A DNA stretch of 64,000 bases from Octopus vulgaris (GCA_951406725.2 OX597815.1:81468001-81532000), one strand, 5' to 3'; positions 13,721 to 27,100 are shown, numbered from the stretch's first letter. The notes: a model not told the origin generated them from the letters alone. A program made the numbers and translations.

Positions 13721-14132
13721 ATAACAATATAAGTTGCTCTCTGTTTTGGTAATTAGATAAGATAATCAGCTCATGTTCATAGTTTCATTGTTGTCTCATA
13801 TGACACCTAATATCAAAGCATTCCAGCTGTGACCATCCTGTTTTATGTTCCTAATCAATGTAGACATGTATGATAATAGGATATTATTTGAGAGAGCTAT
13901 TGCTGCACTTTCTAGCAAGTCTAGAGAGTATACAAAGGTTCCTTCCTGAGCTCATTAAAAAAACGATGTTAATTTTCAGCAGTAAGGTAATTTGAATCTG
14001 TGACATTAATGAGCTTCCCATAGCTGCCATAAATTATGTGATGTCTTAATAAAATTGATGGTTTAATCCAATATTCAGAAAATACGCACACACCCATACA
14101 TACATACATGCATATATATATGTGTGTATGTG

Positions 14133-14170
<38 letters not shown>

Positions 14171-14248
14171 TAGATAGATACACACATATATACACACACA
14201 TTCATACATACATATATATATATATACATACATACATACATACATATT

Positions 14249-14403
<155 letters not shown>

Positions 14404-15099
14404 CACACACACACACACAGACTGAAAAAGAGGCAAAGAGATAGATTGACATGCTCAGTCCTTGATACTTTCTCAAATTTACTTTTTACTGTACAAGCTC
14501 CCACTTACTTACTGTTCACACTAAAGAGGTCGGCAAAATTAGCACAGACAACTGTAGGGGTATGAGGTACCCCTAGTTATGTCTCACAAGGACTATTCAA
14601 CGTCCCTTGAGCTGGTGCCACGAGGAAATGCACTCAGTACCTTCTGTAAGTATTTGAGCAGCCTAGCTTGGTTTCTGATTTAGTCCCACAATGTGGTACC
14701 TAGGAAAAGTGCCTTCTGGAATAAATCTTGTGTGTGGATTCAGAGCATGCTTAACTGAAAGAGGACCGTTGTGCAAGCACGCGTGTGTGTGCATGTGTGT
14801 GTTTGTTTGTGTGTGAGTGCATTTGTTTACTTCAGCAGGTGCTTGTACGGTGCAACTGTCAGTGATATTGTAATTCCCTCCCGTCAATAAATCCTCTGGT
14901 CACTTCATGCTTTCAAAATCCATGTTGAAAAAGCTATCCCTCACTTGCAAAACAGGTAAAGGTTGGTGACAGGATGAACAACAGGCACTAAAAATACCTC
15001 AAATAACATATTCATGTGCCCCATGGTAGAATGGGAAAATGGCTGTGTAACGAACCAACGAATATATGAAAGTGTTAAGTATTTAAGTGTTGAATAAAG

Positions 15100-15850
15100 A
15101 TTATTGATTGAAAATATTCTCTGACACACTAAAGAAGGGCTTTTGGTCAAGCTGACCTTGTCGACTATAATGAGAATGTAATTTGTGAAATTATTAAGTT
15201 TAAGGGAAAAGGTGTGCAATAATTCAACTCAGACAAAGGTAGAGTTAAATAAGATTGAAGACACGCTTTCCATATAAGGGAAATGGAAAATTCCAAATTT
15301 TAAAATGATCAAATTTCAAATGGAGGTTTATAAATAGATGAGTAAGACACAAAGACAATTAGAAACAAGTAAGCAATCTGCATCAACAGTTAAAGCAGGC
15401 TTGAAAGAGGAGGAGAGCAAGTCTGAGTAAGAGGTTTCTACTGTAGAGAAAACTGATTAAAGTTCAGATACAATCAGATTAAAAGCATGTAATAGCTCGA
15501 AAGGGATAGACAGAAAGCCTTCCGTGCTAAAATAGGTAGGAAGTGATAGATATAGTAGACTGTTGAGGAAGTGGTAACATTACTGGCAAAGGACTTATGT
15601 TTAGAAAGTATTTATTTTCAAAAGTGTAAACATTGGGGAGTTGAAAATGAATGTGAGATTTATGAGAGACACTTAAGTGTGTTTGGGTAGCTGTGAGTAA
15701 ATTTGAAGTAAATTACAAAGTGTGAAAAGTAAACACATAGAGAACAAAGTGAAGGTATTGAAGAAAAGATGTAGCACCACATACTTCTAATTTTACTGGA
15801 GATTAGCAAGTAAAAGTCTATAGAGGAAGTGACTAGCTATTTAAGATACA
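15100..15850 (+). mobile_element. Possible decayed LINE ORF1-like remnant
   Basis: Purine-rich, codon-like stretch with many stops and only weak resemblance to CR1/L2 ORF1 motifs; an IYKPP motif is also readable on the minus strand, so strand and identity are uncertain. Confidence 0.25.
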
Positions 15851-15853
15851 CCC

Positions 15854-15887
<34 letters not shown>

Positions 15888-15909
15888 TACAGACACACAC
15901 ACATATATA

Positions 15910-16190
15910 CGATGCCAGCACCGCCTGACTGGCTCCCGTGCTGGTGGCAGGTAAAATGTACCATCTGAATGTGGTCAATGCCAGCCCCCTCGCCCTGACT
16001 AGCTCCTGTGTCAGTGGCATGTAAAAAGCACCCACTACACTCTTGGAGTGGATGGCATAAGGAAGGACATCCAGCTGTAGAAACATTGCTAGATCAGATT
16101 GGAGTCTGGTGCGGCCTCCTGGGTTCAACCCATGCCAGCATGGAAAACGGATGTTAAACAATGATGCTGATAATAATGATCATGATGATA
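15910..16190 (+). mobile_element. RTE 3'-tail copy (family A)
   Basis: ggcatgtaaaaagcacccactacactc...catccagctgtagaaa...ggatgttaaacaatgatg. Confidence 0.8.
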
Positions 16191-16655
16191 CAACAAGCTT
16201 CTTTCAGTGGCTGTCTACCACATCCACTGACAAGGCTTTGGTCAGCCCAAGGTTATAGTAGAAGACACTCGCCCAAGATGCCATGCAGGGGAATTGAACT
16301 CGGAGCTATGTGGTCAGTAGGTAAGCTACTCCTAACACTGCCTTAAGAGTATATGCACCTAACCCATACTAGCGAGGAAAAACAGATGTAGAAACATGAA
16401 CATACAAATATATGTCACCACACTGATACCTACACACACACACACATACATATGCGCACAAACACACACAGAGTTCTGTGTCAATTTTAACTCCATCAGT
16501 CCTCATGCACATTCACACTTTTTTTTTATGGTATTGTAACTAAGATACACAAAACACACAAGCTCACTCACACATATGAATATATGCCATAATAAAATTT
16601 CCACCGGTAAAACTATGAATCCTTTTGCACATGATGTGTGTGTGTGTGTGTGTGT

Positions 16656-16962
16656 GAGGCACATGGCCTAGTGGTTAGAGCAGTGGACTCATAGTCGAGG
16701 GATCTCGGGTTCGAATCTCAGACCGGGCGATGTGTGTGTTTATGAGCGAAACACCTAAGCTCCACGTGGCTCTGGCAGAAGGTAATGGCGAACTTCTGTT
16801 GACTCTTTCGCCACAACTTTCTTTCATTCTTTCCTCCTGCATCTTGCAGCTCACTTGCGACGGACCAGTGTCCCGTCCAGGTGGGGAACCTATACGCCAA
16901 GGAAACTGGGAAACCAGCCCTTATGAGCCAGGCGTGGCTCGAGAAGAAACGAACAAACAACA
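16656..16962 (+). mobile_element. tRNA-derived SINE (family D)
   Basis: A-box TGGCCTAGTGG, B-box GGTTCGAATC; 3' region tgcgacggaccagtgtcccgtccagg...gaaactggg; (AAAC)-like tail; a related 3' motif occurs at about 1278-1350. Confidence 0.85.
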
Positions 16963-17169
16963 TGATGTGTGTAGTATACATGAGGCGTGAATTTGTGCCT
17001 GAATCTATATGCATATATATATAAATACATATACATACACATAAACACATACATATATATATATATATTGATAGAAACGGCTAGATAACAAAAGAATGAA
17101 AGAGGCCTCGATATGTAAATGGAGGAATTTATCTGTAAATATAATATGTGACAATTATTCGGTAACCAT

Positions 17170-17230
17170 GATAAAACTCCGAGTTTCAGATGTCGGGGCG
17201 GAAACCCACTTCAGCATCTCTTCAGTTATC
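17170..17230 (-). ncRNA. Candidate type I hammerhead ribozyme in a Penelope-like fragment
   Basis: Minus strand: GAUAA-CUGAAGA-GAUG(..)CAUC-U-GAA-ACU cgg AGU-U-UUAUC; the core boxes and all three helices can be drawn. Confidence 0.65.
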
Positions 17231-17329
17231 GATGGCCCGATGTGTGTGCGCATATATATATACACAAACAAAATACATTCATACACGCACTCCTACATGC
17301 ATTCATATGTATGCACATGCACACGCGTA

Positions 17330-17592
17330 GGGTCGTTAGTTTAACTTCTGGTGACGCGATGTGTCCTTCAGCAAGACTCTTTATTTCATGTTACTCCAGT
17401 CCACTCAGCTGCTAAAAATGAGCTGTACCAGTCAGTCAAAGGGCCAACCACGTTACATTCTGTGTCATGCTTAATCTCCCTGACAACTACGTTAGGGAGT
17501 CTGTGGAGTGCTCAGTCACATGCACGTTAATTTCACGAGCAAGTTGTTGCGTCGATCAGATCAGCTGGTTATTGTAACCGATGGAGTGCTCC
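17330..17592 (+). mobile_element. SINE related to family E with a different 3' part
   Basis: gtgtccttcagcaagactctttatttcatgttactccagtccactcagctg central domain shared with 28336-28690. Confidence 0.6.
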
Positions 17593-17682
17593 AACATATA
17601 TATATGTAAAGATGCACATATACACATATACAACTGTGGAAATATCAGTTTTAAAATATTCTGATATATATGTGTAAATGCT

Positions 17683-17727
<45 letters not shown>

Positions 17728-17909
17728 GTATATGCAACTACATCTATATCTATCTACCTCTCTATATAAATATATATATAAGTGTATATATACTTACATA
17801 TACATGCACACAACATATATATATTTACACACATGCACACAACATATGTGTTTGTGGTGTGTGTGTGTGTGTGTTTGTGAGTGTGTGTTCATGCACATTA
17901 ATACATTTT

Positions 17910-17999
17910 CTGAGAGCTGGCCAACTGTTTCATGCTGTTATCAGTGACCTCTGATGATACTGTGATAAAACAGTGAAACAGTGAGCCAGCTGCAGGGTC
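17910..17999. ncRNA. Inverted pair of hammerhead-like motifs
   Basis: Plus: gacct-CTGATGA-t-actgt gataaa acagt-GAAAcag tgagccag ctgca-gggtc; minus (17910-17944): CTGATAA-cagcat-GAAAcag ttggccag ctctcag. Confidence 0.55.
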
Positions 18000-18026
18000 G
18001 AAATCTAAATTAATACTTATTCATGA

Positions 18027-18094
18027 ATATCATATGTGTGTGTGTGCATGTGTATCCTTGGAAATTTAATGCACACATCTATAAACGTATCTAT

Positions 18095-18164
<70 letters not shown>

Positions 18165-18274
18165 TTAGAGATAAGTAAGTTTGGATTTACTCCCTAATAT
18201 CATATGTGTGTGTGTGCATGTGTATCCTTACAAATTTAATGCACACATCTATAAACGTATCTATACACACACAC

Positions 18275-18332
<58 letters not shown>

Positions 18333-18500
18333 TTAGAGATAAGTAAGTTTGGATTTATTCCCTAATATCATATGTGTGTGTGTGCATGTGTATCCTTGCA
18401 AATTTAATGCACACATCTATAAACGTATCTATACACACACACAGATATATATATATATATATTAAATTAGAGATAAGTAAGTTTGGATTTACTCCCTAAT
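18027..18500. repeat. Tandem triplication of a ~135-170 bp unit containing variable (CA)/(TA) tracts
   Basis: Three copies of atatcatatgtgtgtgtgtgcatgtgtatcctt...aaattagagataagtaagtttggattta.tccctaat. Confidence 0.9.
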
Positions 18501-18511
18501 ATTATTATTAT

Positions 18512-18552
<41 letters not shown>

Positions 18553-18800
18553 ATGATCATCATCATAGTTTAACGTCCATTTTCCATGCTAGCATGGGTT
18601 GTACGGTTTGACCGGGGTCTGGGAAGCCAGGAGGCTGCACCAGGCTCCAGTCTGGTCTAGCAGTGTTTCTTCAGCTGGATGCCCTTCCTAATGCCAACCA
18701 CTCTGAGTGTAGTGGGTGCTTTTTATGTGTTACCGGCACAGGGGCTAGAGGAGGCTGGCCAAGGCAGCACTGGCATCAGCCATGTTCGGATGGTGCCTTT
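18553..18800 (-). mobile_element. RTE 3'-tail copy (family A)
   Basis: catcatag-tttaacgtccatttt...gcccttcctaatgccaaccactc. Confidence 0.85.
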
Positions 18801-18863
18801 TATAATCCATACATGAACATACATTTGTTTACATATGAACATAAATGCATGCATATATATATA

Positions 18864-18914
<51 letters not shown>

Positions 18915-19519
18915 CACACACACTACAAACACTCATACAGAGGACATCCAAAATGTTTTGTACTAGAGTCTGTTTTTGTAATGTTACATTCTTCCCCAAT
19001 CCCCTTCAGCACACCACACACACACACACACACACATCCTTTCTCTGACATTTTCTATCTAGATTTCTTTGTTTTCCTTATCTTCTTCACTCCACTTTGA
19101 AAAAATAAAAAAAACAAATTAACAAGGAAAAACACACATAGATGATATATAAAAAACACACAAAAAAGTAGGAAAAAACAACCAAAAATGAAAGACCAAT
19201 CTACAAAGAAGCGCAATCTATTAGAGATTATTTCTAAACCAGAAATATTGTGAAAACGAGAAATGTGTTGATGAAGAGTGTCACAGTTCCTCTGGAAACA
19301 AATACACTGTCTTTGTGTTTCAAATAAAAGATTCCACTAGTTCAATGAATACTTTTGCATCAGATCACATATTTATATATATATATATATACATTTCTGG
19401 AATAGAATGTGTTGAACTTGCTTCTTTTTTTTTTTCTTTTGTTGCTTTCTGTCTGTAAGTGTATGTATTTGTAGATCTAAAATATGTCCATATATGTACA
19501 TCTGTGTGTGTGTGTGTGC

Positions 19520-19582
<63 letters not shown>

Positions 19583-19665
19583 TAAATAGATAGATGTACA
19601 TGTATATACATACATACATATATACAGCTCATGAGCTGAAACTAGAATCAATCAATCAATATACA

Positions 19666-19845
<180 letters not shown>

Positions 19846-19886
19846 ATACATATATACATTATACACACACATGCATGTATATGTCA

Positions 19887-20130
19887 TTGATATTATGTGA
19901 AACTGTCATATGTCCAAATGTTGCAGAATTAGTTTTTTTCAACATTTATTTTTGCTTGCAATAGCCTGTTCTTTTGGTCAAACTATTGTATCTCCAGCTG
20001 CTTCAGATGCCGAGATATCGAAAATCGTCAAAGTCTAGTAGAATGGTTTTGCTATGGAATGGTGAAAATATTTTTTCATTTTCTGAAAAAGCAGCATTTT
20101 GGACTTAGGACACTATTGCATAATAGCAAC
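19887..20130. mobile_element. MITE-like element with ~35 bp imperfect TIRs
   Basis: Left tattatgtgaaactgtcatatgtccaaatgttgc vs reverse complement of right tattatgcaatagtgtcctaagtccaaaatgctgc. Confidence 0.6.
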
Positions 20131-20158
20131 AACATATATATATATTCATACATACAAA

Positions 20159-20490
20159 TCTATATATCAATTATATAAAATCCGTTCTGTCTGTCTCTGT
20201 GTGTGTCTTCTAGGATCTCAGGCATCCTCCATCCGATCACGCTCAAATTTGATTTGTAGATACCAACGGTGTCAGGGTGTGTATAAGTCTTGAAAAAATT
20301 ACAAAAATCGATTCCAGGTGAGAATGCGATCGATAAAGCATTGGGAACGTGCATTTGAACGCACAAGTACATCAGCTGTTGCGATCGATACTATGCCTAC
20401 ACAAGAAAAATGCACATGCAGTTTGCACAAAAAAAAGCCAGCCAAATGCTAAACTGAATTTTTCCCTGTAAGTTTGGAATTATATTCCCT
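20159..20490 (+). mobile_element. Non-autonomous Helitron-like 5' fragment
   Basis: Starts TCtatata..tataaaa, then (gtct)n and atccgatcacgctcaaattt, the layout of DINE/Helitron-type non-autonomous elements; 3' end not identified. Confidence 0.5.
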
Positions 20491-20929
20491 ACTATTATTA
20501 TTATATATATATATATACACATACACACACACATGTGCATACATATATATATATATTCAATATTATCTAGGTAATAACCCCATAAGGTGCATTTAAAAGC
20601 TTATATATAATTATTGGCTATCATATACCATCATACAGCAGGATTACTCCTTTGAGTGGATATATATGTGGTACTCAGTTAGTGTATAGAATTTATATAA
20701 AAATTTATAGAGCAAGAAGAGGGAATGAACAGGCTTTAATTACAAATTACATTTGTCTCTGTGCAGTGGCAACAGCTGCAAATTGGTGAGTTTTTCAGTC
20801 CCATGCCATCATATACATTATTTTATAAATAATTACATAGATGAATATGATCCAGCAGCAGCTGTGTATTGGATCACATTCCATTTCCAGCCATATATAA
20901 GTGTGTGTGTGTGTTTGTTTGTGTATTAA

Positions 20930-21007
20930 GGGTACCATAGGTTTCATTTTCAAGAAACATATCTTAATATCTTAGCAACTTTTCAAAATATGAAACCAAT
21001 GGTAGCC
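20930..21007. mobile_element. 78-bp TTAA-flanked foldback MITE (Kolobok-like)
   Basis: TTAA|gggtaccataggtttcat...atgaaaccaatggtagcc|TTAA; GG termini. Confidence 0.6.
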
Positions 21008-21673
21008 TTAACTTACAAATAAAGAAATTTCATCCACCAATACAGTCTTGATCACTTAATTCCACTGTCCAACAGTTATGTACAGACGTGTGTGTATGTG
21101 TGTGTGTGCATGCGCATGTATGTGTATATATATATATATATATATATACATACATGTAAGCATTTATGTATGTATACACACAAATGTATAGAAATGCTGA
21201 AATACATGTAGAAGAACACACACTTAAACACACACAAACATTTATACATGTAGCACTTGGCTTAGTTAGTAGGACGTTATACTCAAGATCGTAAGATTGC
21301 TGTTTCAATTCTTCAACCAGGTGATACATTGTGTTCTTGAGCAAATCACTTCATTTCACATTGATCCAGTTTACACAGTCGGCAAAAATGAGGAATTATG
21401 CAACGGAACAACATCCTGTCTTGGTGTGAATATATATGCTGATAGAACCAAGGAGAGTGATCTTCTGAGCCTACAGCTCAGAAAGGACTTCAGATCTATT
21501 TATATATTCTTTTATTCTTTTACTTGTTTCAGTCATTTAACTCTGGCCATGCTAGATTATGTTTTAGTCAAACAAAATTAACTGCATTACTTATTTTTTA
21601 AACCTTGCACTTATTCTTTGTGCATACATATATATATATACATACATATATACATATTTATCTATTTTCATAT

Positions 21674-21818
21674 ATCATCATCATCATCATCGTTTAACGT
21701 CCGCTTTCCATGCTAGCATGGGTTGGACAGTTCAACTGGGGTCTGGGGAGCCCGAAGGCTGCACCAGGCCAGTCAGATCTGGCAGTGTTTCTACAGCTGG
21801 ATGCCCTTCCTAACGCCA
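21674..21818 (-). mobile_element. Short RTE 3'-tail copy
   Basis: (CAT)n-cgtttaacgtccgctttcc...cctaacgcc followed by (TA)n. Confidence 0.85.
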
Positions 21819-22473
21819 AATATATATATATATATATATTATACACACACACACACACACACACACAGTGTTTCTGCCTACCAAATCCCCTAGGAAGTCT
21901 TTGGTTGAACCGAGGCTATAGGAGAAGGTGCCTTTTCCTAAAGTCTCTGACAATGAGACTGAACCCAGAATGATGTGGTTGCAAAACAAACTTCCTATCA
22001 CACAGTCACGCCCGTATATATATATACACACCTGCATTTACACATACATTCATTGAGGTATGTGCATATGCATTCATATACCTGCACATGGCTATGTACA
22101 TATTTCTAAAATTGTATACATAGTTATAGACACAGACACACAACCACGTACACATACACATACATAAGGTGTGTATACATAAACACATCATGCACAAATG
22201 AACACGTACTATTGACAGTGTTCAAGTGGAAGTGACTTTCAATTTTGATAGCATGTGTGGGGCGGGGGGTACACGCACGCATGTGTGTGTGTGTGTTTTT
22301 GTAGTTAGGCTGTGTGTCTCCAGGATAAATACTAAAGAATAAAACTGAAGAGTGCAGTTCACATAAAACAACACAATGGCTTAGAAGGCCGGACAAAAGG
22401 CAGACAGATAAAAAAAAAATATCAAGGGAACTGGAAGAGCATATACACACCGCATACATGTATGTGTGTTTGC

Positions 22474-22525
<52 letters not shown>

Positions 22526-22707
22526 CTTGTTCTGCATGTGTCTGTGAGTGTGTATGTGTGCGTGTGTATATATATATATATATATATACATACGCACACA
22601 CACTCATACCCATCATCATCATCATCGTTTAACGTCCTCTTTCCATGCTCACGATAAACAATGATGATGATGATGATGATGGGTATGAGTGTGTGTACGT
22701 ATGTATA

Positions 22708-22913
22708 CTCTTTACTCTTTTACTTGTTTCAGTCATTTGACAGTGGCCATGCTGGAGCACCGCCTTTAATCGAGCAACTCGACACCGGGACTTTGTAAGC
22801 CCAGTACTTATTCTATCGGTCTCTTTTGCCGAACCGCTAAGTGACGGGGACATAAACACACCAGCATCGGTTGTCAAGCAATGCTAGGGGGACAAATACA
22901 GACACACAAACAT

Positions 22914-22958
<45 letters not shown>

Positions 22959-23116
22959 TACGACGGGCTTCTTTCAGTTTCCGCCTACCAAATCCACTCA
23001 CAAGGCTTTGGTCAGCCCGAGGCTATAGTAGAAGACACTTGCCTAAGGTGCCATGCAGTGGGACTGAACCCGGAACCATGTGGTTAGTAAACAAGCTACT
23101 TACCACACAGCCACTC

Positions 23117-23117
<1 letters not shown>
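22708..23117 (-). mobile_element. Full-length young SINE family B
   Basis: Reverse complement of 6719-7092 with CpGs largely intact. Confidence 0.9.
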
Positions 23118-23158
<41 letters not shown>

Positions 23159-23205
23159 GTGAAATAGAAAGATGAATAATCTTGTTGCAGATTAATCAAA
23201 TTCAC

Positions 23206-23253
<48 letters not shown>

Positions 23254-24339
23254 TATATATACACACACACACACCTCATTATCATCATCATTTTAACATT
23301 GACTTTTTCATGTTTGTGTACGTTTATGGCTCAATACCCTTCCTGTTTCCCACCCTCACTTGGTTTCCAAGCAACATAATATTTCCATACAGCCAGACAT
23401 GTTTTTACGGAGTACTGGAAAGGTATGATACTGCCAAGCATGATAGTGACACTTATTTTGAACTATTATGCAACGCCAAAACAAGGACACATGAACACAC
23501 ACACACACACACATATGACAAGCTTCTTTCAGGTGCTGTCAATTGAATCCGCTCACAAGGCTGTCTTCGGCCGAAGTAGAAAACACCTGCCTAAGATGCC
23601 ACACATCAAGACAACTGCAAAGAGTTGTGATTTAGAAGAGTCTTCTCTATAGTACATCCATGCCAGCACCTACTGTCCCTGAGAGTATCATCAGCTTCTA
23701 GCGAACAATTTAATTTGATTACATATGTTAGATACTCATTCTTCAGTTAGTACAACAGAACAGCTTTGCTGCATGGTTAAGGAGCAAGACACAAGCTGGC
23801 TGCATGGTTAGGAGGCTTGCTTTGAGGCCATACAGCATCAGGGGAAATAGAGTAAGGCCACATAGCACTTTGGGGAAGTGTCTTCAATGAAAGCTCTGGG
23901 TTGACTAATGCATTGTGAGTGAATTTGGTAGATGGAAATTGTGTTGAAGCCCAGTGTGTGTGTATATGGCTGGTAGCCACAGAAACCATGGCAAAACAGA
24001 CAATGGTGCCCAGCACAGCTCTCCAGTCAGCCAGCTCCTGTCAAGCTGTCGAAACCAGGCCAACATGGAAGACAGATGTTAAATGATGATGATGATGATG
24101 ATGTATATTTCTGGATATCTTTATATCTGTCTTCGTCACATACCTACTGTTTAACTGGTGTTGGTTTGTTTATCTCTCTATAACTTAGCAGTTCAGGAAA
24201 AAAAGGGCTCAGTAGAATAAGCAGTAGGCTAAAAAAAATTTAAAAAAAGCAAATATAGGAGTTGAGTTATTTGACAAAAAGCCTTCAAAGTAATGCCCCA
24301 ACATGGCCACAATCCAATGACCGAAACAAGTGAAAGATA

Positions 24340-24401
<62 letters not shown>

Positions 24402-25022
24402 CATCATCATCGTCTAACGTCTGCCCTCCCTGCTGGCATGGGTTGGACAGTCTGACTGAGGACTGGCAAGCCAGGAGGATGCGCCAGGCTATGTTATAGG
24501 GGAATGGACACACAAGCACAAATTGTCAAGCAGTTGTAGGGGACAAGCACAGACACAAAGGTGCACACACACACACACACACATACTGCAGGCTTCTTTC
24601 AGTTCTATGTAAACTGCGTCCACTCACAAGGCCTTGGGCAGCCTGAGGCTATAATAGAAGACATTTGCCCAAGGTCCATGCAGTGATACGGAACCTGGAA
24701 CCATGTGGTTCCAGGAAGCAGGCTTCTTACTACACAGCCATGTCTGCTATTTCAAAATTTTGGTTCAAGGCCGGTAATTTTAGTGAGCGGGAATAGTCAT
24801 CAACCCAAGTATTTGATTGATGCTTTATTTTATTGATTCCGTAAAGTGCTAGAAGAAATACCACTTAGAATTTTGCCCAACATGCTAATGATTATGGCAA
24901 ACTCATCACCTTACATATGTATATGATATTCCTTTGTAATATAAAAGCACATGGTCTGAAATTTTGTGGGGGTGGAGATTAGTCATTTACATTGACCACA
25001 GTACTCATCAGGTACTTATATT

Positions 25023-25438
25023 TATTTCTTTACTACCCACAGGGGCTAAACACAGAGGGGACAAACAAGGACAGACAAACGGATTAAGTCGATTACATCG
25101 ACACCAGTGCGTAACTGGTACTTAATTTATCGACCCCGTAAGAATGAAAGGCAAAGTCAACCTCAGCGGAATATGAACTCAGAATGTAGTGGCAGACGAA
25201 ATACCTATTTCTTTACTACCCACAAGGGGCTAAACACAGAGGGGACAAACAAGGACAGACAAACAGATTAAGTCGATTACATCGACCCCAGTGCGTAACT
25301 GGTACTTAATTTATCGACCCCGTAAGGATGAAAGGCAAAGTCGACCTCAGCGGAATTTGAACTCAGAACGTAATGGCAGACAAAATACGGCCACGCATTT
25401 CACCCGGCGTGCTAACGTTTCTGCCATCTCGCCACCTT
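25023..25438 (-). mobile_element. Dimeric family C SINE insertion with an 18-bp TSD, nested in an older family C copy
   Basis: TSD tcatc(a/g)ggtacttatatt at 25005-25022 and 25439-25456; two tandem units of tatttctttactacccac...gacgaaatac. Confidence 0.85.
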
Positions 25439-25798
25439 TCATCGGGTACTTATATTGCCAACCCCAAAAGAATATAAGACAAGGTTGACCAACTAGATTT
25501 GAATTCAGAATATTACGAACCACAAGAAACGCTGATTAGCAGTTTGTCTGGCATGCTAACAATTGTGCTAAATTTGCCGTCTTACATATTTATATACCAT
25601 TAATTTTTGTCTGCAGGCAATAAGATATGCATATTGCAAATGAAACCAGTAAAATGGTTCACTGAACATCAATACCTTCCTATATTTATTCCACCCAAAA
25701 TGCACAAACACTCCCTAGTCACTCACTACCAGAAATGCTGTGAACCAATGATTGGCCCACAAAAAACACATGATCTTAAAAAAAAAAACTTTCATAGA

Positions 25799-25832
<34 letters not shown>

Positions 25833-25880
25833 CATGTGGATTCGTGTGCCTGCATGTGCGTGTGTATGTATTTGTGTGTC

Positions 25881-25911
<31 letters not shown>

Positions 25912-26023
25912 ATACATATGCGTAGGAATGCATTTGATTGCTCTCTCATCCTCTCACTCTCTCACTATAGGATATATCTCATTCACCACTTCCCTCCTAC
26001 TCAGCAAACACTTGTCTTACTTC

Positions 26024-26061
<38 letters not shown>

Positions 26062-27100
26062 TGAGCAGTTTACTTTTCTCTGCCACATAACTCTCAGGCT
26101 ACATATTCCACCCTTCACTTTATTACCCTAACCTACTCTTAATCCACCAGCTCATTGCATTGCTTCAAGGTAGTGGAGCAATGTTAAATGTCAATCAGAT
26201 TGTATGTGCATGTGTATGTGTATATATATATTTATATATACACCCACACACATATATAAAGCAGATATACTGTTGTTAAAAGTCTGAAAACTGTGATATC
26301 CATCCCAACCGTAGCCATGTTTTATATCCGTTACTGATATATTTCTGTGTTTTTTAACACTGGATGTTCATAAGAGAAACTTTCTCAAGGTGAATGCTGC
26401 AGTTTTCAGGCTTTCCACAGTATATCTACTTTTGAGTATGATTTTATAGATTGCAAGTTTGAATTAAAACTGCTTCTGTCACTAATAATAAATATATATG
26501 TGTGCATATACATGCACTCACTCTCTCACACACACACACACACATATATTTTATATATATATATATAGTCAATTCAAATAAATTGGACAATAAAATTAAC
26601 AATAACTGACTGCAGGAAGATTGCACATGGAATGTATTAGTTTGACACTCAGTAAAAAGAGAGAGTTTTTAACATTTAGAGCATAGCTCTTTTTTGGGAA
26701 AGGAAGAAGGGAAAAGTCTAAAGAAGAAAAAGAAATTGCCAACAGCACATGTGTAGTTATATACGTGCATCCCTGCATGTGTGTTTGTATCTTGCTGCCA
26801 TGTGGTAGAAGTAAAACATCATCTCTGTCATATAAGCAGCGTCATTTACTAGCAGTCTTCATTGAAAATATATCTGTTCGTTGTATTGTTCAGAACAGAA
26901 GAAATAAAGGAAATATTTATTACTTCTCTTGGAAACGGGTTGAGGTTGGTGGCAGAAAGAGCAGCCAGCTGTAGAAAAATCTGCTTTAATAAAGTATATT
27001 TGCTCCATGCAAATATAGAACATTGGATGTCAGAATGATGGTGTGTGCATACACACACACACACATATATGCATATATCTATGTATATACACATGCATGA

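Noticed and set aside
16656-16730. Possible tRNA gene
   Set aside because: A and B boxes are present but the sequence continues into a SINE body without a proper acceptor stem or T-run terminator
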